In this document: positions 38,148 to 53,729 of the stretch, piece by piece
How positions within the stretch are numbered: the stretch's first letter is position 1
How the letters are laid out: every line of letters begins with the position of its first letter
From: Octopus vulgaris
Taxonomy: Eukaryota
Assembly: GCA_951406725.2 (NCBI GenBank)
Contig: OX597821.1
Coordinates: 25,172,001-25,236,000, forward strand
Reading direction: 5' to 3'
Length of the DNA stretch: 64,000 nucleotides
Program-made: the position numbers and the translations under genes
The notes under the pieces: model-generated
Told to the model about the DNA's origin: nothing
What the model saw: only the letters and a program-made list of their open reading frames with translations
Databases searched by the model: none

Positions 38148-39947
38148 AGCGATCTGCTTCACTCACGCTATCACCCTAATTTCTCCTCCTTTCTCTTTGC
38201 AAGTGTGCAACGATTAAAGTGAAAGTATTTATATAAAACGGATCACTCATGCTATCACCCTAATTTTTCCCACTTTCTCTTTGCAAGTGTACCTTAAACC
38301 ACTACTAAAAACACAGCAAACAGAAACAAATAAATACATAACGATTTACTCCTCACACAATTTCTTCAAATAGAGTTTACCTATGATTTTTCAAAGTACT
38401 TCCATTCGGTCATGACATACAAAATTTCTTTCAATTTCACCCCAATTAAGACAAAATTCGAGAAAACTCAATATTTTAACATTTCACTCCGAAAGCATTG
38501 ATGTACATGTGTGCGTGCGTGAGTGTGTGTGTGTGTTTGATGGGGTGTGCGACACAGAAAGTGTGGTGTGTAAGTGAAGTGCTTTTGTTAGTGTGTGTAA
38601 AGAGACAGAGAGAGTACACATACCTACGTACACCTAAAGCACGCACACACACACACACACAAGCGGAGCGCGAACTTCAAAAGAACTTCGCGCGCTATCT
38701 ATCTGGTTTGCCATTCCTCACACACACGCATACACATACATATATGACAGTGACAAACACAAACGTTTCAAACAACTACATACAAACACGTGTGTGTTTG
38801 TTATTAGTAAAAAAGGCGCCAAACACAACTCACTTCTCATTCGAACACATTTGCAAAAACACACCGATGGTCGAATTGCCATAACAATACAGAAAAGGTA
38901 AATTGGTTTTTTATTTACTTTCTGTCGTTAAATTTTGGTAGTATTACTTGGCGAGCGTACTTCTGTTGTCAATTGTTGACAGAAAGAAATTGTAAGCTAA
39001 TAAGGTGTGTGTGTGTGTGTGTGTGGAAGTGAAGGATAAAAATATTGCAAGAAGTGGACAGATGTACATATATACATCCATACATACATGTGTGTGTGTG
39101 TCTATGTATGTGTATTAATGTGTGTGTGTTATCTCTATATAAAGCTGAAGTTGTCTGTATGCGCCACGTTTGGTAACCTTCAACTAACACTATCTCCTCC
39201 GAGACCCTGCGGCGCAAGTTGACCAAAATTGAGAGTATGATAGAAGAAGGGTTGCTCTTCCTTCCGTATAACATAAAATTCAAATCGGACCATATTAACA
39301 CCAAAAATTATTTACATCAAAAAGCTGCTTTTTTCTATGAAAATCCCTATTTTTTACGAATTTTTCACTGCTGTGTCGCCACTTTTCGGTGTATTTCGAC
39401 CAGAAAAATGTTCACAAAATTTTTACTTTTCAAAATTACAATTCCAGCGGGTCGAAACAAACCCGAGCAACGCCGGGCGATACTGCTAGTAACTATATAT
39501 AAGTGTCGTCTGTTTATACATAAACACTGTTTCATACTTTCAGTTTAGTCTTCCTCAAATCACTCTGTCGCTATTTACTCTCTTCCAAGAACATTTTCAC
39601 TCACTCTTATCTCTTAGCTTGCCATACATTTTACTCATGTATCTATCAGCGTGATAGACAGAAACAAATATTACATCTAGTTTCACTTTATTCGTTGCAC
39701 ACTGTGTGTGTGCGTTTGCGTGTGCTGTAAACCAGACTAAGAAAAGCATTTGACATACACACCAGAATGTGAGTTTTCTGTAAATTTTGCTTAATTGGAG
39801 TTTAAATTTTAAAAACTGGACCTGGCATGACCCGATGCATTCTACTCCTAAAAATGCTAGGTAAATTGTAATTGAAGAAATCCTATATTGTAGATTTCTA
39901 TAAGTGACAAAGGGAGGCAGATAAAATCTGCCTTTTATAATAAGAGA
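37872..39947. mobile_element. 2.08-kb element with ~230-bp terminal inverted repeats
   Basis: TCTCTTATTATAAAAGGCAGATTTTATCTGCCTCCC.. at 37872 and its reverse complement ending at 39947; TACA on both flanks. Confidence 0.85.
39132..39489 (+). mobile_element. Non-autonomous Helitron nested in the TIR element
   Basis: A|TCTCTATATAAAG ... CCCGAGCAACGCCGGGCGATACTGCTAG|T. Confidence 0.9.
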
Positions 39948-40061
39948 TACATATATACATATATACATATATACATACTTACATATATACATATATATGA
40001 CAAGATGTTCGGGTTAAATTTGACGATTTTTGTCTCCTCTTTCATGAAAGGCTTGATTTAT

Positions 40062-40229
40062 AGGCGCAGGAGTGGCTGTGTGGTAAGTAGCTTGCTTACT
40101 AACCACATGGTTCCGGGTTCAGTCCCACTGCGTGGCATCTTGGGCAAGTGTCTTCTGCTATTGCTCCGACCAATGCCTTGTGAGTGGATTTGGTAGACAG
40201 AAACTGGAAGAAGCCCGACGTATATATAA

Positions 40230-40260
<31 letters not shown>

Positions 40261-40388
40261 TGTATGTATGTATGTATGTATGTGTACATGTGTCTGTGTT
40301 TGTTCCCCCTCCCCCAACATCGGTTGACAACCGATGCTGGTGTGTTTATGTCCCCGTAACTTAGCGGTTCGGCAACAAAGACCGATAG
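40062..40388 (+). mobile_element. SINE family A, 3'-truncated
   Basis: Head to AAAGACCGATAG. Confidence 0.88.
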
Positions 40389-40537
40389 GGGTGTCTAGTT
40401 TTGGGAGGATCTGTGGCATGTATGTGAGTGTGTGTGTGTGTGTGTGTGCGTGCATGTATGTATATATACCCTCTCTCTCTTTCTCCATCTCTCTCTCTTA
40501 CTATTTCACACACATACACACACACAAACACACATAA

Positions 40538-40569
<32 letters not shown>

Positions 40570-41629
40570 ACACACACACACCAAGTAATACCTATCATAG
40601 CACTTGAGAAACATTTCTAAAAAATGCATCGCTAAAGGAAACAGCGCTATGTTTGTTGATTATTTAGTCATTTTAACAAAGCATAAATTGAGTTAAGAGG
40701 CGGTTTTAATGGATTTATTCCAAGACAATATAAAGTTATGTGGTTATTTTTATGCGGTCATCGTGAGATCATTGTAGCATAGCATATATAGAGTTACAAG
40801 GTCATTTTTACGACGTCATTAGCATGACATTATAACATCGCATAAATGAAGTTATGCGGCTATTTTTAACAGTGAAACAGATACATAAGGTGATATACAT
40901 TGTGATATGTCTAGGAGAGGCTCACTGTAACACAATTTTTCCTATAACAATTCTCGATAACTTTCACAAAACAAGGTGTTATTGTCATACGAAGTTGTCA
41001 TAAAATTCAGAAACAAGTTTTTGTTTGATTTTTATGAATTAAGCGTTAATGTTATTGTAAAATTATTAAACATTTAAAATTCTTTCTACTACAGGCATAA
41101 TAAGGCCTAATATTTTGTAGGAAGGAGTTAGTCGGTTACATCCATCCAGTACTGGACTGGTAGCCATTTCATCGATCCGGAAAGGATAAAAAGCAAAGTC
41201 TGTTTTGAAGTCAGAATGTAAAGACGGAAAAATGCCGCTAAGTATTTTTGGTCGGCTGCCTTATTAAGCAGTTTAAATTAATACTTTGCATATTATAGAA
41301 GTCACCAGCGACTCTCCACGCTATATTCTTAATATGGTGCACAATGCACTTGGTGGGAAAATGTTAATCAACTTAAATACCTTTAATAAATTGGCCGTCG
41401 TACCGTAAATTCAGAAGCTGATGTCAAATTTGAGATGATGGTCCAAGCTTGGGTTCTGCTTCGCACATTAGTTACTTTTCGAAGAATGCATCTCATGAGG
41501 TCTCAGTTTTCTTGAATGTTCTCCTGTGAAATAGTGGCAAGACTTCAATATCCACAACACCTCTATTAGCTTTGGTGCTGCGCTCAGTCAGAATCATTCT
41601 CAGTGAATTCGTATATGATTTCCTTAATG

Positions 41630-42540
41630 TTGGCGATAAGGTAGTGGGGCCCTGTTTGGGAATTTCAGGGGTTTGTGAAGTGTAGAACCATCTCTTCGCC
41701 ACTCTTGTTTCCCAGGTTTACTCTGACCCGGAGTAATAGTACTTGTCAAAGTCCCACCTGTGGGTTAATTAATATATTTACTTCTTTGTTGCCCACAGAA
41801 GGCTAAACATAGAGGGGACAAACAAGGACAGACAAACGGATTAAGTCGATTACATCAACCCCAGTGCGTAACTGGTACTTATTTAATCAACCCCAAAGGG
41901 ATGAAAGGCAAAGTCGACCTCGGCGGAATTTGAACTCAGAACGTAGCGGCAGACGAAATACCTATCTCTTTACTACCCACAAGGGGCTAAACACAGAGAG
42001 GACAAACAAGGACAGGCAAACGGATTAAGTCGATTATATCGACCCCAATGCGTAACTGATACTTATTTAATCGACCCCGAAAGGATGAAAGGCAAAGTCG
42101 ACTTCGGCGGAATTTGAACTCAAAACGTAGCGGCAGACGAAATACCGCTAAGCATTTCGCCCGGCGCGCTAACGTTTCTGCCAGCTCGCAGATATATTAG
42201 GACTTGCCTACCAGTGCACATGAAGAATGGATTCGGCGGACTCTGCGGAAGAATCGGCTATGGCTCAACGGAGTGGAAGGTGGCTGCAGCAATGCACTGT
42301 GGGATAAAGCAAGTAAGACATCTTAGTCATCTGCCGCACCCGTCTCCATCCCCAGTCGTCTTGACTACATCTTGCTATTGTACTGAAGATGGTCACGGAC
42401 TAGAGAGTGGGGTTGACGGCGGCGTGCAACTCTTCTTCATTTTAAACTAAGTCTGCGTGCAAATCATCAATCAATCATCCTTAACATTGACAAGATGGTC
42501 CTCGTGAGTCCAACGGACACACATGACAGGTTCATTTTAT
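41630..42540 (+). mobile_element. Second copy of the old Ceph-domain-like retroposon, split by SINE B
   Basis: CCCAGGTTTACTCTGACCCGGAGTAATAGTACTTGT..; downstream sequence colinear with 21510-22240. Confidence 0.55.
41779..42189 (-). mobile_element. SINE family B with two internal-type modules
   Basis: Junction at 41961/41962; head ends at 42189. Confidence 0.9.
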
Positions 42541-42980
42541 GGCATTGCCATGCTAATTCCTGTGGTTCTTCAACAGATAAATTCTCGCTATGAAGTTTTC
42601 AAATGTCCTTCAAATCTTCCGGTTTTTATATTTGGTGCGTATCAAAAATTTGGTATTATATTTTTCTTTCAGTAGCCAATACATTGATACCAGTGTTGAC
42701 TGTTGCTTCTTCGTTAATTTTCAGGAAACCATTGCCTTTTTTTAAGCCATATCGCGTGGGAGTGGTGGCAGTGGCGGCGGCGGCGGTGGCGGTGGTGGTG
42801 GTAGTGGTGGTGGTGGTGGTGGTGGTGGTGGTGACGGTAGAAGTTGTGGTGGTAGTGATGACGGTGGCGATGGTGAGGGTAATAATAGTGTTGGCGGTAC
42901 ATAAGCCAACGGAGTCAGCGTTTTCTCTAACAAAAAATTCACGTATAAATGAAGAAATGTCTTCAACGACGCTTCATTTT

Positions 42981-43018
<38 letters not shown>

Positions 43019-43150
43019 ATCCTTTCACTGTAGATGACATATGTGGTAACCATAACCGCAGATATTGCAGAATATTGTTGACAGACTACAATGAAACTTG
43101 CTCTCGCTTTCTTCTCTTTTCTTCTTAGCCCATCCCATTATTAGCTGTCA

Positions 43151-43536
43151 GTGGAGGCGCAATGGCCCAGTGGTTAGGGCAGCGGACTCGCGGTCATAGG
43201 ATCACGGTTTCGATTCCCAGACCGGGAGTTGTGAGTGTTTATTGAGCGAAAACACCTAAAAGTTCCACGAGGCTCCGGCAGGGGATGGTGGTGATCCCTG
43301 CTGTACTCTTTCACCACAACCTTCTCTCACTCTTACTTCCTGTTTCTGTTGTACCTGTATTTCAAAGGGCCGGCCTTGTCACTCTCTGTGTCACGCTGAA
43401 TATCCCCGAGAACTACGTTAAGGGTACACGTGTCTGTGGAGTGCTCAGCCACTTACACGTTAATTTCACGAGCAGGCTGTTCCGTTGATTCGGATCAACC
43501 GGAACCCTCATCGTCGTAACCGACGGAGTGCTTCCA
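43151..43536 (+). mobile_element. tRNA-derived SINE (family D)
   Basis: GGCGCAATGGCCCAGTGGTTAGGGC..GGTTTCGATTCCC head and a ~300-bp non-tRNA body. Confidence 0.8.
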
Positions 43537-45154
43537 AATTAGCCGTCAGTCCCTGTTTTCTCCCACGCAGTTGCAATCAGACTTTTCCCTTCACTGAAGT
43601 GTCGTGTAATGACATCCTTATAACGGAGTTTCGTGCGCGATCTTCGACAGCTTCCACATTTCATATTGCTGTAGAAGCACTTCGGGGGGGGGGGGGGGGT
43701 CTTAGTGCCCTTCCCCATACGCATTACTTCTCTCGCTCAGCTCATCTTTGATTCCAGTAGTTGGAACTGCAACTGCACAAGGATTACAACCCAAGGCATT
43801 TTTGCACGCTGGTTAGAGTTGTAGTCTCGCCAAGATATGTTCATTATGGGTAGTTCCTGGTGAAACTGATGGCTAATCAATTTTTTGATATATCGACATT
43901 ACAGGGAATAAATCTCAGCAGAATACGACATGATACCACAACTATTCGGTAAACTTTGTATTTTGTTGACAGTTTTATACTTAACTGTTTCCATAGTCGA
44001 TCGTTGAGCTTCTTGAAAGCAGTTGGCTGAATGCTGTCATCCACCTTCAAGTCTAGGCCGTTTGTCATCAGAAGAAAATCACCTCAGAGACTGATTCGTG
44101 CATGATGGTCGGAGATTCGATTTCCAGCATTCCAGGTTCAGAATTATACAAAACTTCGCTCTTTTTTGATAGGCCGAAAATTTTCTGGTTATCTTCCGGA
44201 GATATTCAGCCAAAAATCATTCAACTCCCTTAATTGTTACTGAGCCTTCAAAGAGAGTTGGTTCCCGTGTTCTATTGCTTCAGTGTGAACCCAGTGGTCT
44301 ATAACTCGAAGAAAATATTTTCTGAACTGATTTTTGATACGCACCAAATGTTCAATTATAATTTGCTTAAACTAATTCAAAAATTGTATTATTTTCATTA
44401 AATAAAACACGGAAAATTTTCAAATTTATCATTTTGTACAGCATAATGTTGCAAGTTATTTTCATAACCTCTTCACTTTTACCCTTCAATAGTGAAAATG
44501 TTCGTTACTAGCTTATAAAGCGGCATTAAGTTTATAAAACACCTCAAAATTATCCAACAAATAGCACAATGTATTTATACTCATCATGAAGAATTATACT
44601 ATATACCACTTCTTTTTTGATAAAACATAGCTTCGTCTTGTTTTATGTTTTTTGAAAATAAATCTACTACAGGCTTCAAACGTCTTGTTAACTATCTTCC
44701 TATTTTTGCATATAGTAAACATTTGCTGACTCAGATTTCACATCCGGTTATAGATTGGCGAATAGAAAGTTATTCAATGCTTGACCTTCAATGAAATTGA
44801 TAGTATTATGCCTCTCGATGAATCATGCAATCATTGAATATACGTCGATGCACTACTTTGCAAACTTTTACATGAAATCTTATACTTTTCTTCTTCTTCT
44901 ACACCATTATTGAGAAACCAATTGTACATACACTAATACAATTATTCATAGGCCCACTTCATTCGTATGCCCAGCTTAATTGTTGACAAATTAGAAAGTC
45001 CTCATGCACGCTGTTTCCCTATGAATACCTGGCACACACAAATAGTTGGGTCGGTGAATTGCAAATTTTGTAATTCCTTTAATTCTTTTAATAAGTTGTA
45101 CACTATATTTCGTCCGCAAAGATCTGTCGCTGAAAATCCCCCGTGGTTCTTCTT

Positions 45155-45425
45155 GCAGGAACATAAACTACTGTGGGGTTTTTCAATCCAATGTGACTCC
45201 TTAATCGAGGCTCGGAAACCAGATATTGTTGTGGTAGACAAAGGAAGAAAGGAGACCAAGATCATAGATATTGCAATACCTGGAGATGCACGCATAAGTT
45301 ACAAACTAGAAAAGATTGAAAAGTACAGACTACTAAAAGATGAAATTGCAAGAATGTGGACTGTCATTCCAGTATTTGCAGGAGCACTCGGAACACTAAC
45401 AACCAAGTTCGAGAAACATGTTAAA
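45155..45425 (+). mobile_element. R4/Dong-type LINE RLE fragment
   Basis: LLWGFSIQCD..EARKPDIVVVDK..IIDIAIPGD..EKIEKY. Confidence 0.88.
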
Positions 45426-47234
45426 TATTCGCAAATCATGTATGGTTTCTTACATTTTGCAATAAAGCACAAGTTGTAAGTATATTTTTAACCAGTGTAT
45501 GTCTTTCAGAAAACAGTGTTCCTACTTTCAAAGATTTCAGGAACCTCTTGTAAAAGAATAGTTAAGATTTGCCCTGCATATGAAGTATGTCTAGTATCAA
45601 CATGTCTTTTTAATTTAGCAAGCTTCATACTTATACTCATCAAATATTCATTACAAATTTAGCAGACTAGATGATGCTCTTCCTAAGAACACCGTCCATA
45701 CCAATGAGAAAAAATAAATCAATAACGCAAAAACAAAAGAAAAAAAAGAAAGATTTATCGCATATCGTCTGCTTTATATGGAACTGCTCAGCTTCAAGCT
45801 TCATTCATTTTCTAGTTCATGTCACGGCCGCCAAGTTCTGCTGGAACTTCTGCATTGTTTTGGTAAATAACGGTGAAAGAAGAAAAAACTTAGCCAAGAT
45901 GAATTTATTTATAAGTTTTAAATTGTATAATAAATATAAAATTAAGCATTTAAAAACGTCGTTTTATCACATTTATTAATTTCATGAATTTATTTATTTC
46001 AGCATAATGCTATTCTGGAAAATAGACAGAATTGCATAATTATTTGTTGATTGAATGAGTAAAATTATAGAGGTCAAAATTAAATAATCTCAACAAATAC
46101 CTACGATAGCGTCACGGTTCACAGCTTATCTATATTTCTGGGGCGAAATTTTAAAATCAAGGTCGAAAACTAACGTCGCATTAATACTATTCACACAGGT
46201 AAATCATCATAAATTATACTATACTTACTAAAGTATTTTAAAATTGTCTGTAAATATTCGGTTGCACAACCAACAAAGTTGTTTTTTACAATATATGTTA
46301 GAGATGTCAGCTATCACTCACGGTATAAAAATAAAAGTATGGAATGAAAACTGAACAAGAAAAAAATAAAGATAGTCCGTCTACTTGTTCTGTTCAATAT
46401 CTTTTTTTTTTTTTTTCCACTAGGCAAACTTTATTGCATGTATTTTTTTTTCCTTGTGCTGATAAAATACCTTTATAAACAAAGCAAATATAAATTTTAG
46501 ATTCCACTATGACAGTTCCATAATGCCAAATAATCTTTATGCGACCCCACTCCCCAATTTAAGAACTGCTATAATTAAGCTAACTCCCTTTCAAACAGGT
46601 ATTGTGCATTTACATTTTTTCTCTGTTAACTTAACCTATATGAAGCCAGTAGTATTACACATTGTTGACAGACAGGGCTGTAACACAAGTTAAATATATA
46701 TATATGAGTGTATCAACATATCTGATATTAGTACAAGCAACAGATAAATTAGAGGTGTTTTTCATTTAAGAAAACATTGTTTCTTACTCTAACGTCTTTC
46801 CATACATTGCGTCAAGTATCGCATATCGCAATACTTCACTTGTTTAGGAACAAACTATAAAAGACATCCATCTGTTTGGTTTACTAGCATCGTAGCTATT
46901 GTATCCAGAAGAAATACAAATACCGCCGTAGTTATTAAAACTAACAACGAAAACAGTGTCAGTATAATTTAGCGCCCGTCAATCATTTGCAATGAAGTTT
47001 GGCTGGTATTGAGTAAATCCTTCATAAATTAGAGATGATGCCATATTCAGTTACCCTGGTGGAAACCGCCACCGGCAACTGCAAGCCATTGCTGTCTCCG
47101 ATGTCACCATTTGAGGTCGATGAAATAAGTATTAGTTGAATTCTAGGTTCAATAATCGACTGCTTCCTCCCTCCAAAAATTTCAGGCTTTGTGCTGAACG
47201 CTCATGCATTGTTTTCGTCAGGAGAGTCCATAGA

Positions 47235-47615
47235 CATCATCATCATCATCATTTTTATTATTACTGTTGTTTTTACTTCTCAGAAAGTTCGGTCTTGATT
47301 GTTCCCGTGGATTCTATAAGCGCGGACAGCAGCCTACCGTCTGAGGTCACACAGGGTCTCTTTCCACACATTATAAGCTTTGATATTTGGTTGTTAATTA
47401 TCGTGGGTGACATTCGACATACAAGTACCAAACTCAAAATCTAACTGTCCCCAGCAGAGTAGTTTGGGGGGGCTTGCTCTACTCTCATGTCAATTCCGAC
47501 TTCTTTGACATGTTTCTCGAACTTGGTTGTTAGTGATCCGAGTGCTCCTACAAATACTGGAATGACAGTCCACATTCTTGCAATTTCATCTTTTAGTAGT
47601 TTGTACTTTTCAATC
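47235..47615 (-). mobile_element. R4/Dong-type LINE 3' end
   Basis: IEKYKLLKDEIARMWTVIPVFVGALGS followed by a 3'UTR and TAA/TGA tail. Confidence 0.85.
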
Positions 47616-48764
47616 GACTTAATTCTTTCCCTCAAAATTGAAGCCTTGTGTTTCCAGTAGAAAGAATCATTGTTGTTGTTGTTGTTGTTGTTGTCGTCGT
47701 CGTCGTTGTTGTTGTTGTTGTTGTTGTCGTCGTCGTCGTTGTTGTTGTTGTTGTTGTTGTCGTCGTCGTCGTCGTTGTTGTCGTCTAAACTATCTCATCA
47801 TTTACTTAAGGCTCTTCCGAGAACTTTCTACGTCGACTTCGTATGGATAAAATCTGCCCGTCAAGTCGCAATAGGAAGTTTTCTGATGAGCGGAGCCATT
47901 CTTTGAGTCGTTCTTTGGGCAACTCTATCAATTCTAGAGTAACCTAACTTTTGGTTATCTTTCCATCACTATTCTTTCTACTCTTTAATGAGCTCTGTTA
48001 CTTCTCAAGAAACATTTCTATGCAGATGGTAATATCGTTCACTGCTACATAACAAGCGTCTTCCAGGCGCAGTCTTGGCGTCTTACACTTTGCTTTCTTC
48101 ACCTCAGTGATTAAAAACCTAAAATATATACTCTGATGGAGACATGACAATCTAGTTACCGTTAAAGGCACGAAAACACATTCGCTACACATATGAAAGA
48201 TAGTATTGTACTTCACCCTCATATGACACGAACACACAAGTAGGACTTTCATCAAAGTCACTACAAATGCTAGACACCAGAATCTTAATGAGCCCCTACA
48301 GTGACCCTCACCAGATGTATAAACGGATGTATGTATGTCATTATTCAGTTCATTTCAAAATTTCTTGTCAATAGAGCAAGATCTGGTTTCATTGGAATTT
48401 CAACAACATCAACGGGATATTTTTGCAAGTATGGGTGTATATGTGCAGCCAATGCACGTGCAGGTTTGTATGTTTTGTTTTATGTATGCAATTTCATGCG
48501 TGTAGTTGCATGCCTAGACAAGAGCATATATACCTGAACTTATGTATGTACGTATGTATGTATGCATGTATATGTATGTATATGTCTGTCTGTCTTTATG
48601 TATGTATGTATGTATGTATGTATGTATGTATGTATGTATGTATGTATGTATGTATGTATGTATGTATGTATGTATGTATAAATATATATATATAGCATTC
48701 TTAAAATGAGCCTGATGACTAGGTTTTCTCTTCAGAGCTCGAAAATGGATGAGTTGCGATCAGT

Positions 48765-49140
48765 TACTATGCTCAAGTGAGACTCACATCGGAGTGTTGT
48801 TCGCACATATGGGACACTGCTGCTGCTACTACACAGACAAACATCCTAATCCCACCTCCAAAAGAAGATCATTCAGCTAACTGACAATGAATCACTCAGG
48901 AACTCATGAGTACATTTGGTACACAGAATTTTCTTTTTCTTCTGATATTACAATGACCTATGCTCTTCAAAACTACTTAGCAACTTCCCCTCTACAGGAA
49001 ACACCATTCTCGTTGCCCACTCTGTATCTCACACCTCAAATCTTCTCGTAACACACGAAACCTCGTCCATCTCTAATCTAGCACTAAAATGCTTTGTCCA
49101 ATCTTTCCTCTATTGATCAGTAGCTCTATCCTTCCCTCCT
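48765..49140 (+). mobile_element. Degenerate CR1/L2-group LINE 3' fragment
   Basis: YYAQVRLTSECCSHIWD..QKKIIQL..YYNDLCSSKL, a post-RT motif. Confidence 0.65.
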
Positions 49141-49879
49141 GTACTTTTTTTAATCATATTAAAGCAAGCATATTAAAGAAGGTAGTGTACAGGACCGTTT
49201 ACGGCAGTGATTTTCAACTAGGGTACATATGACCCTTGAGGTTCCATGCAAGATTTTGTTGTTAAAAATCTATGTGCAATAAATTGGCTCTGCATGAGCA
49301 TTGCACAAAATATTTTATCTTTTTTCACATATAATTCCTTATAATATTTAATTATAAACACAGAATTAGAGGGTCACCAAGACTAATGGAAAGAAAGGGG
49401 CGAGAAGGTATCACCAACCGGAGATTTGGCTTGAATGCTTGCAACCAAGAGGACCTCGCTAAAGGCTCTCAGCCATTGGACCAAATAACGTTCACCCGGC
49501 AGTTATTAACAAGAAAAAGTACTAAGTGAATATTAAAACCCGTCGGTTTCTCGACCCACTTTCAACGGTTATCAATGCTGCCCCCGCCAACCAACCCCTG
49601 CTCACCTTTCTGACTTTGTAATAACAACAACAACAAAAAAGTCACCCACTCACTACACTCCGTTCAACTAGTCAACAATCGTTTACAGCAATTGGTGAAA
49701 CCAATCACTTCACCTGTTGGTGAGCGTCAAATGTGTCTTTTTATGTGTGTGTGTGTGTGTGTGTGTGTGATTGAATACTCGTTAGTCAGCTTCAAAGGAT
49801 TATCTGTGGCCCTTTAGTTAGATCAGGATTTAATCCTACTACTTATAGCTGAACAGCTTTACGGTAATTAAGGAATAAG

Positions 49880-50225
<346 letters not shown>

Positions 50226-50367
50226 ATTATTTAGCATAATGTCAGCTTTGATCTAGAACAATAGTTCTTAAACGGGATCCATATGGGCCCTGAAGGTCTA
50301 TATAAGGTTTTGGGGGATCCACAGTAGCATTTTAAAGGCCCCAGAAAAATTATGCTTTAAATGTATG

Positions 50368-51557
<1,190 letters not shown>

Positions 51558-51904
51558 TATATATCGGTATGTATTGCAAGGAACATCTTTGTTTCTTTCT
51601 CTAACATTTTACCTAATTCAAACTACATACGCCAATGGGTGAAAAGCAAAATAGGAATTTTGAAAGAAGTATCTATAAAATTAGTTTTTAAACATCGAAT
51701 GACTATGGGGAGTCCACTTGAATAAAATAGTAATCAAAGGGGTCTATAGATAAAAAAAAATGTTTGAGAACCCCTAATCTAGAAGATCTACGATCGACGG
51801 TCTTCTAAATGTGATCGTCCTGTTTTTTCTGTTCAGACGTTGTGTATTTAGAACACCATTATCTAATGCGTCCTTCATTTTAAAGGCAATAGTGTGCATT
51901 TTAA

Positions 51905-52213
51905 CCCCTTACCCGGCAGAAACGAATATATTCGTTTTGACCGAAATCGTTTTTTTCTATCTCTGGCGAGTTAACTCGTCAAAAGATAGACTCGCCAAAA
52001 TCGACAGCAAACGAGTTCCTTCGTCTAAAAACGGGTTAACTCGTTTCTGCCCAAAGCGGTAATTTAAAATCAATATTATTGAATTAAAATTCATAATAAA
52101 TAAGGTTTGAAATATACCTCGAAATCACCATTCAAAACATAGTAAAATAAAACAATTAAAAAATATGTCTGAAAAAAATACATTTATTTTCAAAATAATT
52201 GTTGGGTAAGGGG
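51905..52213. mobile_element. piggyBac-type MITE
   Basis: TTAA|CCCCTTACCC ... GGGTAAGGGG|TTAA. Confidence 0.8.
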
Positions 52214-52727
52214 TTAAGGAAGATTTAGTTGTTATTTCTAGCAGACAGAGTGACCACGTAGAGGATCTCACGTTGTGACTGTTATAGTGGTTGTAGGTGG
52301 TGTTAGCAATGGCGGTAGTAATTTTTGTAGGTTGATTCATAGATCTAGTGTTTCAGATATATGATATCCATGCCTAATCGTCAGTAGGGCAATCGTGAGT
52401 AGGACAATCGATCCACACCCCCGGCCAAATTTTTCTTCTAATTAGTTATACTTGTTAACCCTTTAAACTCACTTGAACGCTTTTACGGGCACGATTTTGT
52501 TTTGCTATGAGCCTGAAAGGTTGAACCATCGTTATTTTCAGCCGTAAACACAAAACCATGCGGTTGCCTGCTTCTGTGTTTTCCAGGGAAGGGTATAGTC
52601 AAATGAATTTGCACCCGATGAAGCATAGTCGCAAGCTCAAAAGGTCAAAAATATGCTTGCCTCCAGGATCTGAAAACCCTTGTTAAGTCATTGAACAAAG
52701 ACTCAATGTTTAAAATCTAAACATTGG

Positions 52728-52780
<53 letters not shown>

Positions 52781-52784
<4 letters not shown>

Positions 52785-53561
52785 TCACTGGGTAATTTGT
52801 AAAGACCTGCTCCATCATAAAAACTGGTGGGAACACAAACCACCACCAGTGCTTGAAAATGACCACACCTCACACCTTTGGAACTTCACCGTTCGAAGTA
52901 ACAGAAAGATAGATGCAAATAGGCCAGACGTTATACTGAAGGACTACAGACAGAAATCATGCTGCCTCGTGGATATGACTCTTCCAATCGACATAAATGT
53001 ATCTGTCAAGATCTACCAAAAACTGAGCAAGTATAAAGATCTTGAAATAGAAATTGGCAAAATGTGAAACCTCAAAACTAAAACAATATCTGTTGTCATA
53101 GGTGCCATGGGAATGATAGCAAAGGAGGCTGATTGTTACCTAGCTCAGATACCAGGAAATCCCAAAATGGAAGAAATTCAAAAGATAATGTTCATGGAAA
53201 CTGCCCATGTCCTACGTAAAATATTGTAATCGAAAAATATATTCAAATGTAAAGTGTCAAAATACTTTTAAATGAACATATCAGCAAACACCATTTGCTG
53301 TCATCTTAACATCAGACTATCATCTTTTAATCAAATTACTTTAAAAACAAACTTCGAATTTACTTATGTTTTGACATTCTCAAGAACAATACTCTGTACG
53401 AAACTAAATATATGGTACCCTAGCCACAGCATCAACTTGAACTTCTAACTTGTTGTCTCTTGAGGTTTCTGGGCGAGACTTGGAGTCAACTTATACATAT
53501 ACAAAGCAAAAGCCAAACATATAATAACAACAACAACAACAACAACAACAATAATAATAAT
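52781..53561 (+). mobile_element. R4/Dong-type LINE 3' fragment (same family as 63048-64000)
   Basis: LWNFTVRSNRKIDANRPDVILKD..KLSKYKDLEIE, shared 3'UTR, (CAA/TAA)n tail. Confidence 0.9.
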
Positions 53562-53729
53562 GATTTCTTTATTAACCACAAGGTTTTACATAAAGAAAAA
53601 TATTATAGACAGCAGAAGACAAAACTAAGGATGTGTGTGTGTATGTGTGAGTGTGTTGTTGTGAGGGTTTTGCATGTAAACAAGACTAACAAATTTATAT
53701 ATATATATATATATATATATAAAGAGATC

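Noticed and set aside
47850-48120. Possible Tigger/CENP-B HTH remnant on the minus strand
   Set aside because: Too degenerate; no TIRs or diagnostic motif confirmed
48711-48745. CTGATGA...GAAA motif
   Set aside because: Stem II is mostly wobble pairs and no stem I/III or NUH site fits
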